Assembly: GCA_963642325.1 (NCBI GenBank)
Contig: CAVIGE010000004.1
Location: 9,057-73,056 of the forward strand
Source: Prevotella sp. CAG:279
Lineage (GTDB): Bacteria > Bacillota > Clostridia > Lachnospirales > Lachnospiraceae
DNA length: 64,000 nt
Reading direction: 5' to 3'
The notes under the pieces are model-generated. The model was not told the DNA's origin, did no database searches, and saw nothing but the letters and a program-made list of their open reading frames with translations. Positions 9,971 to 19,652 of the stretch are shown in pieces. The stretch's first letter is position 1. Every line of letters begins with the position of its first letter. The position numbers and the translations under genes are program-made.

Positions 9971-11122
9971 ATGGCAAGAGAATTTATTGTACCTGGAGAA
10001 ATTATTTCCGGTTCCGGGGCACTGGATATGGCAGAAGGCGCACTGAAACTCCTGGGAAAAAAAGCTCTGATCGTAACCGATAAAGTAATGATCGACCTGG
10101 GAAACTGTGCAAAAGTTGAGAAGGCTCTGGCAAATCAGGGCATCGAATACAGCATTTATTCTGATATCTGCGGTGAGCCGACAGATACCATGATCGAAAA
10201 AGGTCTGAAGCTTTATAAAGATGAAAAATGTGACTTCCTGGTGGCACTTGGCGGTGGAAGTCCTATCGATTCCATGAAAGCCATTGGCTCTCTGGCTGTA
10301 AATGGAGGAAATATTTCTGATTACATGGGAAAAGTGATCGATGTAAAAATGCCTCCGATGGCAGCAATCCCAACCACAGCAGGAACCGGCTCTGAGGCAA
10401 CTCAGTTTACCATTATCACTGACACAAAGAAAGATATCAAAATGCTTCTCAAAGGCAAAGTTCTCATGCCGGATCTTGCCATTATTGACCCGCAGTTCAC
10501 CATGACAGCACCGCCTAAGATCACAGCAGCAACTGGACTTGATGCACTCTGCCACTGCGTGGAGGCTTATACATCCAGAAAAGCGCAGACACTTTCCGAT
10601 ACCTTTGCAGTATCTGCTGTGAAGAGGATTTTCAAATATCTTCCAATCGCATACAAAGACGGAAAGAACGAGGAAGCACGTGTGCAGATGTCTGTAGCGG
10701 CTCTTGAGGCCGGAATCGCATTCAACAATGCATCCGTTACCATTATCCACGGAATGAGCCGTCCGATCGGTGCTCTGTTCCATGTGGCACACGGACTTTC
10801 CAATGCCATGCTTCTCAAAGAGTGCCTTACCTTCGCACTTCCCGGAGCATATGACAGATTCGGGGCACTTGGCCGTAATATCGGAGTAGCAGATGCGGCG
10901 GATTCTGACCAGGAAGCAGCGGAGAAATTCCTGAAAGCAGTGGAAGCACTCGTAAATGAGCTGGATACTCCGTCCCTGGAGCAGTTTGGCATTGATAAAG
11001 AAGAATTCTTTAAGGTCATTGATAAAATGGCGCATGATGCAATGGACAGCGGAAGTCCGCAGAACACCATGCGTGATGTAACAGAAGAAGAGGTAAAGGA
11101 AATTTACAGAAAACTCTGGTAA
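9971..11122 (+). CDS. Iron-containing alcohol dehydrogenase
   Basis: GGGSPID, PTTAGTGSE, GLDALCHCVE, HGMSRP..HVAHG motifs. Confidence 0.92.
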   Translation: MAREFIVPGEIISGSGALDMAEGALKLLGKKALIVTDKVMIDLGNCAKVEKALANQGIEYSIYSDICGEPTDTMIEKGLKLYKDEKCDFLVALGGGSPIDSMKAIGSLAVNGGNISDYMGKVIDVKMPPMAAIPTTAGTGSEATQFTIITDTKKDIKMLLKGKVLMPDLAIIDPQFTMTAPPKITAATGLDALCHCVEAYTSRKAQTLSDTFAVSAVKRIFKYLPIAYKDGKNEEARVQMSVAALEAGIAFNNASVTIIHGMSRPIGALFHVAHGLSNAMLLKECLTFALPGAYDRFGALGRNIGVADAADSDQEAAEKFLKAVEALVNELDTPSLEQFGIDKEEFFKVIDKMAHDAMDSGSPQNTMRDVTEEEVKEIYRKLW

Positions 11123-11157
11123 ATAACCAGATATCCCATCAATTTTGCCAGAAGAGC

Positions 11158-11198
11158 AAAGACTCCGGACCGGAGAAAAAAGGATCCGGGGTCTTTTT
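11158..11198 (+). terminator. Intrinsic terminator after Fe-ADH
   Basis: AAAGACTCCGGA...TCCGGGGTCTTTTT. Confidence 0.7.
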
Positions 11199-11234
11199 GG
11201 CATTGCTGCAGAGGAAAGGAAGGTAAGACCTTAA

Positions 11235-12167
11235 GTGAGAAGAAAAATCATCTGTATTCTGGCGGCGGCGTTGTGCCTTGGAAGCCTTTCCGGCTGCGGT
11301 CCGTCAGAAAAAGAAGCAGAAGCATCCAAGATCACCATCGGTGTCGTTACAAAATCAAAAAGCAGTGAATACTGGCTGTCTGTCTGTGATGGAATGGAAG
11401 ATGCGGCGGAAAAATTTGATGTGGAGGTGGTGATCCTGTCTCCAGATGCTGAGACCGAAGAAAACGTCCAGAAAAATATGATACGGGATCTTCTGAAAAC
11501 GGATATCCAGGCACTGGCGGTTTCTCCTATAAACTCCTATGACAGTGAGGCTTATGTGACAGAGGCCGGAGAAAAAGGAATCTCTGTATATGCCTGCGAT
11601 ACTCCTCTGGAAGATTCTGATGTGCCTTATATTGGGATCGACAATGAAAAGCTGGGCTATGAACTGGGGGAAAAGCTTGCCGAAGCACTGGATCATAAAG
11701 GAAACATCGGCGTGATCGCCGGAAACTTTCAGCAGGCCGGACACAAAAAGCGTGTAACCGGGTTTGAAAAATATATGGAAAAAGAGCCTGGGATCACTAT
11801 AAAGATGGTTCGCAACGGCTACAGTAATATGCGGGTTTCCCAGAAAGATGTGGACGAGATCCTTGCGAAATATCCTGATCTTGATGGCATCATGACAACC
11901 AGTGCCGTGACAGCTCTGGGGCTTTCCGAAGCTATGGAAGGGAAAGGAATCTCCATTGTTTCCGTAGATGCCCAGGAGGATGCCCTGAAGGCCGTCCAGG
12001 AGGGCAGGATCGTAGCTTTGGGGGCACAGTCCGGCTATCAGATCGGCTATGAGACGATCCGTTATATTGTAAATGATCTGGATGGAAATGGAACAGGAGA
12101 GGATGAAATCCTGGATTCCCAGGTGCTTACTATAGAAAATATTGACGACTATATAAAAAAATCCTGA
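11235..12167 (+). CDS. Sugar-binding lipoprotein (RbsB/XylF-like)
   Basis: Lipobox LSGC; YIGIDNEKLG and VSVDA periplasmic-binding motifs. Confidence 0.85.
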   Translation: MRRKIICILAAALCLGSLSGCGPSEKEAEASKITIGVVTKSKSSEYWLSVCDGMEDAAEKFDVEVVILSPDAETEENVQKNMIRDLLKTDIQALAVSPINSYDSEAYVTEAGEKGISVYACDTPLEDSDVPYIGIDNEKLGYELGEKLAEALDHKGNIGVIAGNFQQAGHKKRVTGFEKYMEKEPGITIKMVRNGYSNMRVSQKDVDEILAKYPDLDGIMTTSAVTALGLSEAMEGKGISIVSVDAQEDALKAVQEGRIVALGAQSGYQIGYETIRYIVNDLDGNGTGEDEILDSQVLTIENIDDYIKKS

Positions 12168-12395
12168 TACTGTTTTTGAATATATCCAAAAATAAAACAC
12201 AAAACATAAAGATAGAACACAGAAAAAAAGAAGAAAAACAACTTTGGTACAGATTTAACAGACAGGTAAAAATAATACCGAAAAAACTAAAATTTCTTAC
12301 ACTTTGATAATCCTGCATTTTCGATAAAATATAATCATCAAAAGGAATTCGGAAACGAAAAAAAACAAAAACAAATGAAAGGGCGGGACAATAAG

Positions 12396-13763
12396 ATGGA
12401 GAAGAAAAAACTTTCGGTATCGACGAGACTATGTTATGCTGGAGGAGATGTGGGATGCAATATCGTGTTCGGAATGATCGGAACACTGCTGACACTGTTT
12501 TATACAGATTATGTAGGAATCAGTGCAGCGACAGTCGGACTTGTAATGCTGATCTCCAGATGCTTTGACGGATTTTCAGATCTGGTAATGGGAGTAATAG
12601 TAGAGAGGACCAATTCCAAGTGGGGTAAATCAAGACCATGGCTTTTATGGATGAGCGTTCCGTTTGCACTCTCAGCAGTACTGCTTTTTACAGTGCCGCA
12701 GACAACCGGAACACTTCAGTTCCTGTATCTGTTTGTAACCTATAATTTCTGCACAACTGTATGCTACACCGCGATCAACCTTCCGTACGGAAGTCTTTCC
12801 ACAATGATGATCCGTGAATCATCAGAGAGGGATAAACTCAGCGTTATGAGAATGGGACTTTCCCCTCTCGGAAGAATCATCGCAGCAACCTGTACACTTC
12901 CGCTTGTAAAGCTTGTTGGAAACGACCAGGCTGCATGGATCAAGGTTATGGCTGTATGGGCTGTGCTTGCACTGATACTTCTGCTTCTGTGCTTCTTCAA
13001 ATGTGAGGAGAAGGTTCAGATCGAGGCAAGAAAGAAAGATGAGAAGCTTCCGGTTCCTACCATGCTGAAAGCACTTTTCACAAATCAGTATTTCTGGGCA
13101 GTTATGCTTCTGTGGACAGTACAGAGTGTATCTTTTACGATTACAGGAACCATTCTTCCTTACTACTGCAAGTATATTTTTGATAATGACACATGGATGT
13201 ACAGTGCACTGTACCTTACAGAGACACTGGTGCTGGTAGCAGGAATCTTTGTCTGCTCACCGTTAATTAAGAAATTCGGAAAAAGAAATATTGCATTTGT
13301 CGGTGGTTTTATCGCACTTGGCGGACAGCTTTTGTTCTTCCTGAATCCATACAGCTTCGGTTTCATGGTTATGAGCTGTGTAACACGTGCCATCGGACTT
13401 GCACCACTCAACGCAGTTGTGTTCAGTATGGTAGGTGATGTTGTAGAGTTTGGACAGTGGAAAAACCACATCCGTCAGGAGAGCCTGATCTTTGCAGGTG
13501 GTTCCATTGGAACAAAGGTTGGCGCAGGTCTTGCATCTGCAGTGATCACAGGGCTTTTAAGCAGCTCCGGATATGTAAGCTCTTCAGCAGGAATGACCAC
13601 ACAGCCTGAGACAGCACTTGAGATGATCGTTTCTCTTTACAAATTTGGACCGATCCTTATTGCGGCAGTGATCATTGTAACACTTTTTGGATATAAGCTT
13701 GATAAGATGTACCCGGCGATCATGAAGGAACTTACAGAGCGCGAGGCGCAGGGGCAGTTATGA
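12396..13763 (+). CDS. MFS glycoside-pentoside-hexuronide (GPH) symporter
   Basis: FYTDYVG, SRCFDGFSD, KWGKSRPW, NLPYGSL motifs; ~12 TM segments. Confidence 0.9.
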   Translation: MEKKKLSVSTRLCYAGGDVGCNIVFGMIGTLLTLFYTDYVGISAATVGLVMLISRCFDGFSDLVMGVIVERTNSKWGKSRPWLLWMSVPFALSAVLLFTVPQTTGTLQFLYLFVTYNFCTTVCYTAINLPYGSLSTMMIRESSERDKLSVMRMGLSPLGRIIAATCTLPLVKLVGNDQAAWIKVMAVWAVLALILLLLCFFKCEEKVQIEARKKDEKLPVPTMLKALFTNQYFWAVMLLWTVQSVSFTITGTILPYYCKYIFDNDTWMYSALYLTETLVLVAGIFVCSPLIKKFGKRNIAFVGGFIALGGQLLFFLNPYSFGFMVMSCVTRAIGLAPLNAVVFSMVGDVVEFGQWKNHIRQESLIFAGGSIGTKVGAGLASAVITGLLSSSGYVSSSAGMTTQPETALEMIVSLYKFGPILIAAVIIVTLFGYKLDKMYPAIMKELTEREAQGQL

Positions 13764-13793
13764 TCAATCTGTAAAGCATATATTCAACCAGAA

Positions 13794-13833
13794 CCAGGAA
13801 AAAGCAGGGGTGGAACACTCCTGCTGTTTCCTG
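13794..13833 (+). terminator. Stem-loop / probable terminator after GPH transporter
   Basis: CAGGAAAAAGCAGGGGTG-GAA-CACTCCTGCTGTTTCCTG. Confidence 0.55.
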
Positions 13834-13894
13834 CGTTTATGGGCAGACAGCAGTGCGGAGTGCAAACATCCGTCTGACAGAAGGGAGGAGCCTT

Positions 13895-15661
13895 ATGTTA
13901 AAGAGTATTCGGGGAAAGATCCTGCTGGCGATCCTGGCAGTTACCATGTTTACCGCATGTTCCATTACTTTGGTATTTTATCTCAGGGCAGCAGGAATGA
14001 TCGAAGAAAATTATTCCGGGATACTTTATGGCCGGATGCAGCAGACCGTGAAAAATCTGGACGAATCTATGAAGGAGATCTACTACGTAGACACAAGAGC
14101 GGCCTGGGATGAAACGCTCCGGGAAAATGCCAGGTCCTATATCAGCACAAAAAACGAGGAAAGTCTGGATGTGATGGCTGAGCTTTTGAGGAATTACAGC
14201 CGTGAATATAAGGATATCAATTCTCTGTATTTTGTTTTTCCGGAGGAAAAAATGGCAGTGACCTCTGAGGAATTTCCGGTAAACAAGCAGAGCCTTGACG
14301 AGAATGATATTCAGAAGCTTAAGGAAGCACAGGACAGGAGTTCTTTTCCCACAGTGCTGGAATCGCTGATCCATGAAGAAAACAGCGTCCTTTCTGTTGC
14401 CCAGAAGGTGGAGGATGACAATGGAGATGTACTTGGGTATGTGGCAGCAGATGTCAAGGAGAGAACCATATACTACGAATATCTGGAAGTGCTCAACGAT
14501 GACAAGATCGGGAAGATCCTGTTTGTAGACGGAAACAATGAGATCATTACATCCGGAGATTACAGCGATCTTGGAAAAACATTTTCAGAACTTACAGGCA
14601 ATGATGTTCCATCCGAAAATGGATATTTTGAAAAAAATGGTGTGATCTCGTTTTTCAGCAGAGGCAGCTTTTCCAGCTGCGGGCTGTATCTGGAGGTGTC
14701 GAAGAAGGAGGTGCTGATCGGCCTTTCTGAGATGAGGATTTTCCTTATCGGGATTTTCGGCGTATTTTTTGTGACGGCAGTGGTGCTGGCTCTATGGCTT
14801 TCAAGGATCGTATGCGGGCCGTTGAGATCCATGACAGATACAGTGGAACGAGTTGGAGAGGGAGATTTAAGTCTTCGGACGGAAGTGGTGACTGCAGATG
14901 AGATCGGAACTCTTGGAAAAGAGTTCAATCATATGTTAGACTATATTGAGGATCTGATCGCGAAGGTGATCGAAGAGGAACAGCTGAAAAAGGATGCAGA
15001 GCTGGAGGCACTGCAGTATCAGATCACGCCACACTTTATGTATAATACACTGAATTCCATTAAATTTGCCGCATTTCTGAAAGGGGAGAAGGAGCTGGCC
15101 GGGCTGATCGGGGATTTCGTGGAGCTTCTTCAGGCCAGCATCAATAAAAAAGGGAGCTTTCTCTCCGTGGCGGATGAGATCCACATTCTGAAAAATTATA
15201 TCCATCTTCAGGATTTCCGCTATCAGGGAAGCTTCCAGGTGGAGTATAATATTTCTGAGGAAGCGTACAGCTGCTATATTCCAAGACTGATCCTTCAGCC
15301 CCTTGTGGAAAATGCCCTTCTCCATGGAATTGATATCAAGAAACAGAGTGGTAAGATATGGATCAGCGGAAGCGTGGAAGAGGGAAGGCTGATTCTTGTT
15401 GTGACTGATAATGGGCGCGGAATGACGGAGGAACAGATCCGGAATCTTTTTAACAGCCGTGAAAAAAAAACAAACGGACTTTCAGCGGTGGGAGTTCCGA
15501 ATGTAAAAGAACGCCTGGAGCTGTATTATGGTGCGGAGGGCGGAATGAAATACGACAGCAGCAGTGATGGTACGACAGTTACTGTCTTTTTGCCTGCGAT
15601 TTATGATATACCGGAAGAAGGGAGGAAAATGGATGTACAGAACACTTGTAGCAGACGATGA
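13895..15661 (+). CDS. Sensor histidine kinase (YesM/LytS family)
   Basis: Two TM, HAMP (DEIGTL), QITPHFMYNTL, LQPLVENA, DNGRG. Confidence 0.92.
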   Translation: MLKSIRGKILLAILAVTMFTACSITLVFYLRAAGMIEENYSGILYGRMQQTVKNLDESMKEIYYVDTRAAWDETLRENARSYISTKNEESLDVMAELLRNYSREYKDINSLYFVFPEEKMAVTSEEFPVNKQSLDENDIQKLKEAQDRSSFPTVLESLIHEENSVLSVAQKVEDDNGDVLGYVAADVKERTIYYEYLEVLNDDKIGKILFVDGNNEIITSGDYSDLGKTFSELTGNDVPSENGYFEKNGVISFFSRGSFSSCGLYLEVSKKEVLIGLSEMRIFLIGIFGVFFVTAVVLALWLSRIVCGPLRSMTDTVERVGEGDLSLRTEVVTADEIGTLGKEFNHMLDYIEDLIAKVIEEEQLKKDAELEALQYQITPHFMYNTLNSIKFAAFLKGEKELAGLIGDFVELLQASINKKGSFLSVADEIHILKNYIHLQDFRYQGSFQVEYNISEEAYSCYIPRLILQPLVENALLHGIDIKKQSGKIWISGSVEEGRLILVVTDNGRGMTEEQIRNLFNSREKKTNGLSAVGVPNVKERLELYYGAEGGMKYDSSSDGTTVTVFLPAIYDIPEEGRKMDVQNTCSRR

Positions 15662-17219
15662 TTTTCTTGTAAGAAGCTATTTAAAGACGCTGGATTCCTG
15701 GGAGAAGGCAGGCTATGAGATCGTGGATGATGCGGAGGACGGGGAGGCGGCATATACCTTCCTTCAGAGAGAAAGGATCGATGTGCTTATGACAGATCTG
15801 TCCATGCCGGTAATGGATGGAATCGAGCTGATCCAGAGGATCAGGGAAGAAAACAGGGATATCTATATTATAGTGCTTAGCTGTCATGATGATTTTGAAT
15901 ATGTAAAAGAGGCCATGCGCCTTGGCGCAGATGAATACATGCTTAAGAACAGCCTGGACGAGGACAGCCTTTATGAAACTCTGGAAAAATCCGCCCGTCT
16001 GATTGAGAAACGGAAGAGAAAAAGCCAGGAACAGGCTCAGGCGAGGAAGCTGATCCGACTGGGAAGCCATGCACTGAAATATTATTTTTTCAACGGACTG
16101 ATTTCCGGAACCCTGAAGGGACAGGTTCGTGAGGAGAAACGGATCGAGGCCGGAATCATGGGAAAGTATTTTAACAGTGCTGTGATCTGCATGTTTATGG
16201 AAAAGTGGGCTGAGAGGGAAAAACAGTGGACTCCTCTTGAAGTCGAACAGTATTCCCACCATTTCCGCCACAGGCTTCTGGAACGGACAGAAGAACTTTT
16301 GGGAACGGAGGGTGAAGCTTCCGAGGTGATCTACCTTGGGGCTGGGATTTTCTGCTGCTTTCTGGATCTGACAGAAGACTGCCGGACATCTGTTATGCAG
16401 CAGAGACTAACGGAAGCGGCAGCGGCCTGTTACCGGCATTGCCAGGAGAACCTTTTCGATTTCGGGATCAGTGTCAGCAGTGTCTGTATGGGGGAAGAAG
16501 GAATCCGTCAGGCTTATCAGCAGGCCAGGGAGATGATGAAGCTTCATTTTTATGAGAAAAAAGATATTCTCTATTTTGAAGGCGGAAAAAAAGCAGACAG
16601 TGTCCTGCCGGATAGTGCGAAGAAACTGTCGGAGAATATTCTTTCCATGAAAAATGGAAATGAACGGAGAAAGGCAGATGAGCTGTGGAACCAGGTTCTC
16701 GCGGAGGCCGGGAAAAATTATACAGATGGAAGAATTCTGATCCAGTGGCTGAAAAAGATGAACCAGACGGCGGGAATCGAGAAGGAACCCGGCTGGTATG
16801 ATGAGATTGAAGATATTGAGGAATTCGGAAAAAAAGGAAGCACCTGTATTGCAGAGCTTTTTGCCGGAGGAGAGGAGGAAGTTCCGGAAGGGCTTTCTTC
16901 CACTGTGAGAAAAGCACTTGCATTTATCAGGGAGCACTATGAAGAGCCGATCAGCCTTCAGGATGCGGCAGATGCGGCAGAAGTGAATCCGGCATATTTA
17001 AGCTATCTTTTCAAGCAGGAGATGAAGATCGGTTTTTCGAATTATGTGCAGGAGCTTCGTATTGACTGTGCGAAGAAGCTTCTTTCCGGGACTAACTGCA
17101 GGGTGAAGGATGTAGCCCGGCGTTCCGGATTTGGAGATTATCATTATTTTTCCAAAACCTTTAAGAAGATCACCGGGATGAGTCCGGCGGAATACCGGAA
17201 GGGTTCCGGTGTATCATAG
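15633..17219 (+). CDS. Response regulator with AraC output domain (YesN family)
   Basis: LVADDD, TDLSMPVMDG receiver; C-terminal YLSYLFK...YFSKTFKKITGMSP. Confidence 0.92.
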   Translation: MYRTLVADDDFLVRSYLKTLDSWEKAGYEIVDDAEDGEAAYTFLQRERIDVLMTDLSMPVMDGIELIQRIREENRDIYIIVLSCHDDFEYVKEAMRLGADEYMLKNSLDEDSLYETLEKSARLIEKRKRKSQEQAQARKLIRLGSHALKYYFFNGLISGTLKGQVREEKRIEAGIMGKYFNSAVICMFMEKWAEREKQWTPLEVEQYSHHFRHRLLERTEELLGTEGEASEVIYLGAGIFCCFLDLTEDCRTSVMQQRLTEAAAACYRHCQENLFDFGISVSSVCMGEEGIRQAYQQAREMMKLHFYEKKDILYFEGGKKADSVLPDSAKKLSENILSMKNGNERRKADELWNQVLAEAGKNYTDGRILIQWLKKMNQTAGIEKEPGWYDEIEDIEEFGKKGSTCIAELFAGGEEEVPEGLSSTVRKALAFIREHYEEPISLQDAADAAEVNPAYLSYLFKQEMKIGFSNYVQELRIDCAKKLLSGTNCRVKDVARRSGFGDYHYFSKTFKKITGMSPAEYRKGSGVS

Positions 17220-17296
17220 GAAATGGAAGGAAAGTGGAAGCAAGTGACAAGGGAGAATGCGAAGATCCGCTTTGCAGAAAGACGAGGAACAGGAGC

Positions 17297-18340
17297 ATGG
17301 GAGTTACCATAAGACAGATTGCAGAAGCTGCCGGTGTTTCCAGAGGAACGGTTGACCGGGCACTGAATAACAGAGGAAGAATCCGGCCGGAGGTGGCGCA
17401 GCGGATACGTAAAATTGCAGAGGAGATGGGATATAAACCCAATCAGCTGGGGCGTGCACTGTCCATGAGCAGAAATAATATCAAGATCGGCGTGATCCTT
17501 CAGGGGGCTGAAACCCCTTTTATGAAGGAAGTTATGAGGGGAATCAGGGAAGCCAGGGCAGAGGTTGATAATCTGGGAGGTACGGTGCTGATCCACACCA
17601 TTGATCATCAGAGTGCGGGTGAAGTTCTCCTTGCCATGGAAAAGATGCGGCAGGAAGAGGTCAGCGGCATTGCGATGGTTCCCCTTGAGGCGGAAGAGGT
17701 GAAGCAGGAGATCAACCGGTTTGTGGAAGAATATCATATTCCGGTGGTGACATTTACTTCGGATGTAGAGGGTACGAAGCGGCTCTGCTTTGTTGGACAG
17801 AATGGTGTGCAGTGCGGACGTGCAGCAGCGGGGCTTATGGGAGAACTTACCGGGGGAAGCGGGAAGGTTGCGGTCATCTCCGGTTACAGGACCAATACTT
17901 CTCTCAGCAGCCGTGTGACAGGCTTTTGCTCTGAGATGAAGAAAAAATATCCGAAGCTTGAGATCATCGGGCCGGAATATTGTTTCGAGGAAAATGACCG
18001 TGCCAGAGAGCTTACAGAGAAAATATTTAAAGAGGTACCGGATATCAGTGGGATTTATCTTACCTCTCATGGTGAAGAGGGCGTCTGCCAGGCTATTTCC
18101 GGAGCGGGAAAAACAGGTCAGGTGAAGATGGTGGCAAATGATTTTATGGGACGGAACTATGAACTGATGAGAGCTGGCTTTATCCATTTTCTGATCGGCC
18201 AGGATGCCAGGATCCAGGGCTACGAACCTGTGATGATCCTTTTCCGTCTGCTGTTCAATGGGGAGAAGCCGGATCGGGAGAAACTGTTTACGGAAATATA
18301 TATAAGAAATGAATATACTATTCCTGAGAGGAGACGCTGA
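17297..18340 (+). CDS. LacI-family transcriptional regulator (paralog of 4609..5637)
   Basis: TIRQIAEAAGVSRGTVDRAL HTH. Confidence 0.9.
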   Translation: MGVTIRQIAEAAGVSRGTVDRALNNRGRIRPEVAQRIRKIAEEMGYKPNQLGRALSMSRNNIKIGVILQGAETPFMKEVMRGIREARAEVDNLGGTVLIHTIDHQSAGEVLLAMEKMRQEEVSGIAMVPLEAEEVKQEINRFVEEYHIPVVTFTSDVEGTKRLCFVGQNGVQCGRAAAGLMGELTGGSGKVAVISGYRTNTSLSSRVTGFCSEMKKKYPKLEIIGPEYCFEENDRARELTEKIFKEVPDISGIYLTSHGEEGVCQAISGAGKTGQVKMVANDFMGRNYELMRAGFIHFLIGQDARIQGYEPVMILFRLLFNGEKPDREKLFTEIYIRNEYTIPERRR

Positions 18341-18356
18341 TGAGCGTCTCTTTTTT
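18326..18356 (+). terminator. Intrinsic terminator
   Basis: GAGACGCT-GATG-AGCGTCTC then T6. Confidence 0.8.
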
Positions 18357-18509
18357 GGGACAAATTCCTCATATGAGAAAGTGGGAAATATGAATATATG
18401 TTGAATATATTATGGTGAATTAGACCTAAAAATATTACATATTTTGGCTAAAAATAGTTCTCGTCATTTTTGATAGAAAAAAGATGGTAATATTGTACAA
18501 TATTAGGGC

Positions 18510-18568
18510 TTGCGATTTGTGGCATACGATGATATTATATTAAACATAAAGAGCGTGTTCGGACACGC
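18510..18568 (+). promoter_or_regulatory. iolG promoter with LacI-type operator
   Basis: TTGCGA-17 bp-TATTAT (TG-extended); palindrome GCGTGTT-CG-GACACGC at 18553-18568. Confidence 0.65.
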
Positions 18569-18612
18569 GAAGAGAACACATTGGGAAAATAAATCAAAAG
18601 GAGATCAAAAAG

Positions 18613-19626
18613 ATGATTAAAGTTGGTATTATCGGAGCAGGAAGAATTGGAAGAGTTCATATCACCAGTATCTCAACAAGAGTACCGGATGCAGTGATCA
18701 AGACAGTAGCAGATCCTTTCTTAAATGACGAGACAGCTGCATGGGCCAAGAGCATGGGCGTTGAGCACACAACGAAAGACTATAAGGAGATCATCAACGA
18801 TCCTGAGATTTCAGCAGTGCTGATCTGTTCTTCTACAGATACACATTCTCCGATCTCTGTTGAGGCGATCAAGGCTGGCAAGCACGTATTCTGTGAGAAA
18901 CCGATCGATCATGATATCGCCAAGATCAAAGAGGTTATCGAAGCCCTTGAGGGTACAAACCTGAAATACCAGGTAGGCTTCAACAGAAGATTTGACCACA
19001 ACTTCGAGTCTCTTCAGAAAGCAGTTGCAGCTGGTAAGGTTGGTAAACCGGAGATCATCAAGATCACATCCCGCGATCCTGAGCCGCCGAGCATTGATTA
19101 TGTTAAGGTTTCCGGTGGAATGTTCCTGGATATGACAATCCATGATTTTGATATGGTTCGTTATCTTGCAGGCTGTGATGCAACAGAGGTTTATGTACAG
19201 AGTGCAAACCTTGTTGATCCGGCTATCGGTGAGGCAGGAGATGTAGATACAGCTGTTATCACACTTCAGATGGAAAACGGAGCAATTGCAGTGATCGATA
19301 ACTGCAGAAGAGCTTCCTATGGATATGACCAGAGAGCAGAGGTATTTGGTTCAGACGGAATGGCTGCAATCGCAAATGACAGCCAGTCTTCTACCGTGAT
19401 CAGCAATGCAGAGGGTGTTACAGGCGAGAAACCAATGTTCTTCTTCCTTGAGAGATACATGGATGCTTATGGCAAAGAAGTTGCAGCATTTATCGATGCG
19501 ATCGTAAATGATAAAGAGACACCTCTCAACGTATACGACGGACTGAAACCGGTATTAATGGGTCTTGCAGCTAAGAAATCCAGCGAGGAGCACAGACCGG
19601 TTAAGATTTCTGAGATTATGGAATAA
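18613..19626 (+). CDS. iolG: Inositol 2-dehydrogenase
   Basis: GAGRIG, CEKP, GFNRRFD, DMTIHDFD, YGYDQRAEV and FFLERY motifs. Confidence 0.95.
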   Translation: MIKVGIIGAGRIGRVHITSISTRVPDAVIKTVADPFLNDETAAWAKSMGVEHTTKDYKEIINDPEISAVLICSSTDTHSPISVEAIKAGKHVFCEKPIDHDIAKIKEVIEALEGTNLKYQVGFNRRFDHNFESLQKAVAAGKVGKPEIIKITSRDPEPPSIDYVKVSGGMFLDMTIHDFDMVRYLAGCDATEVYVQSANLVDPAIGEAGDVDTAVITLQMENGAIAVIDNCRRASYGYDQRAEVFGSDGMAAIANDSQSSTVISNAEGVTGEKPMFFFLERYMDAYGKEVAAFIDAIVNDKETPLNVYDGLKPVLMGLAAKKSSEEHRPVKISEIME

Positions 19627-19652
19627 TTCAAATAATAAAGGAGAATTGACCA

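Noticed and set aside
9665..11203. 512-aa minus-strand ORF
   Set aside because: Antisense shadow of the Fe-ADH/iolB genes; no RBS or recognisable motifs. The same applies to most other overlapping ORFs in the track.
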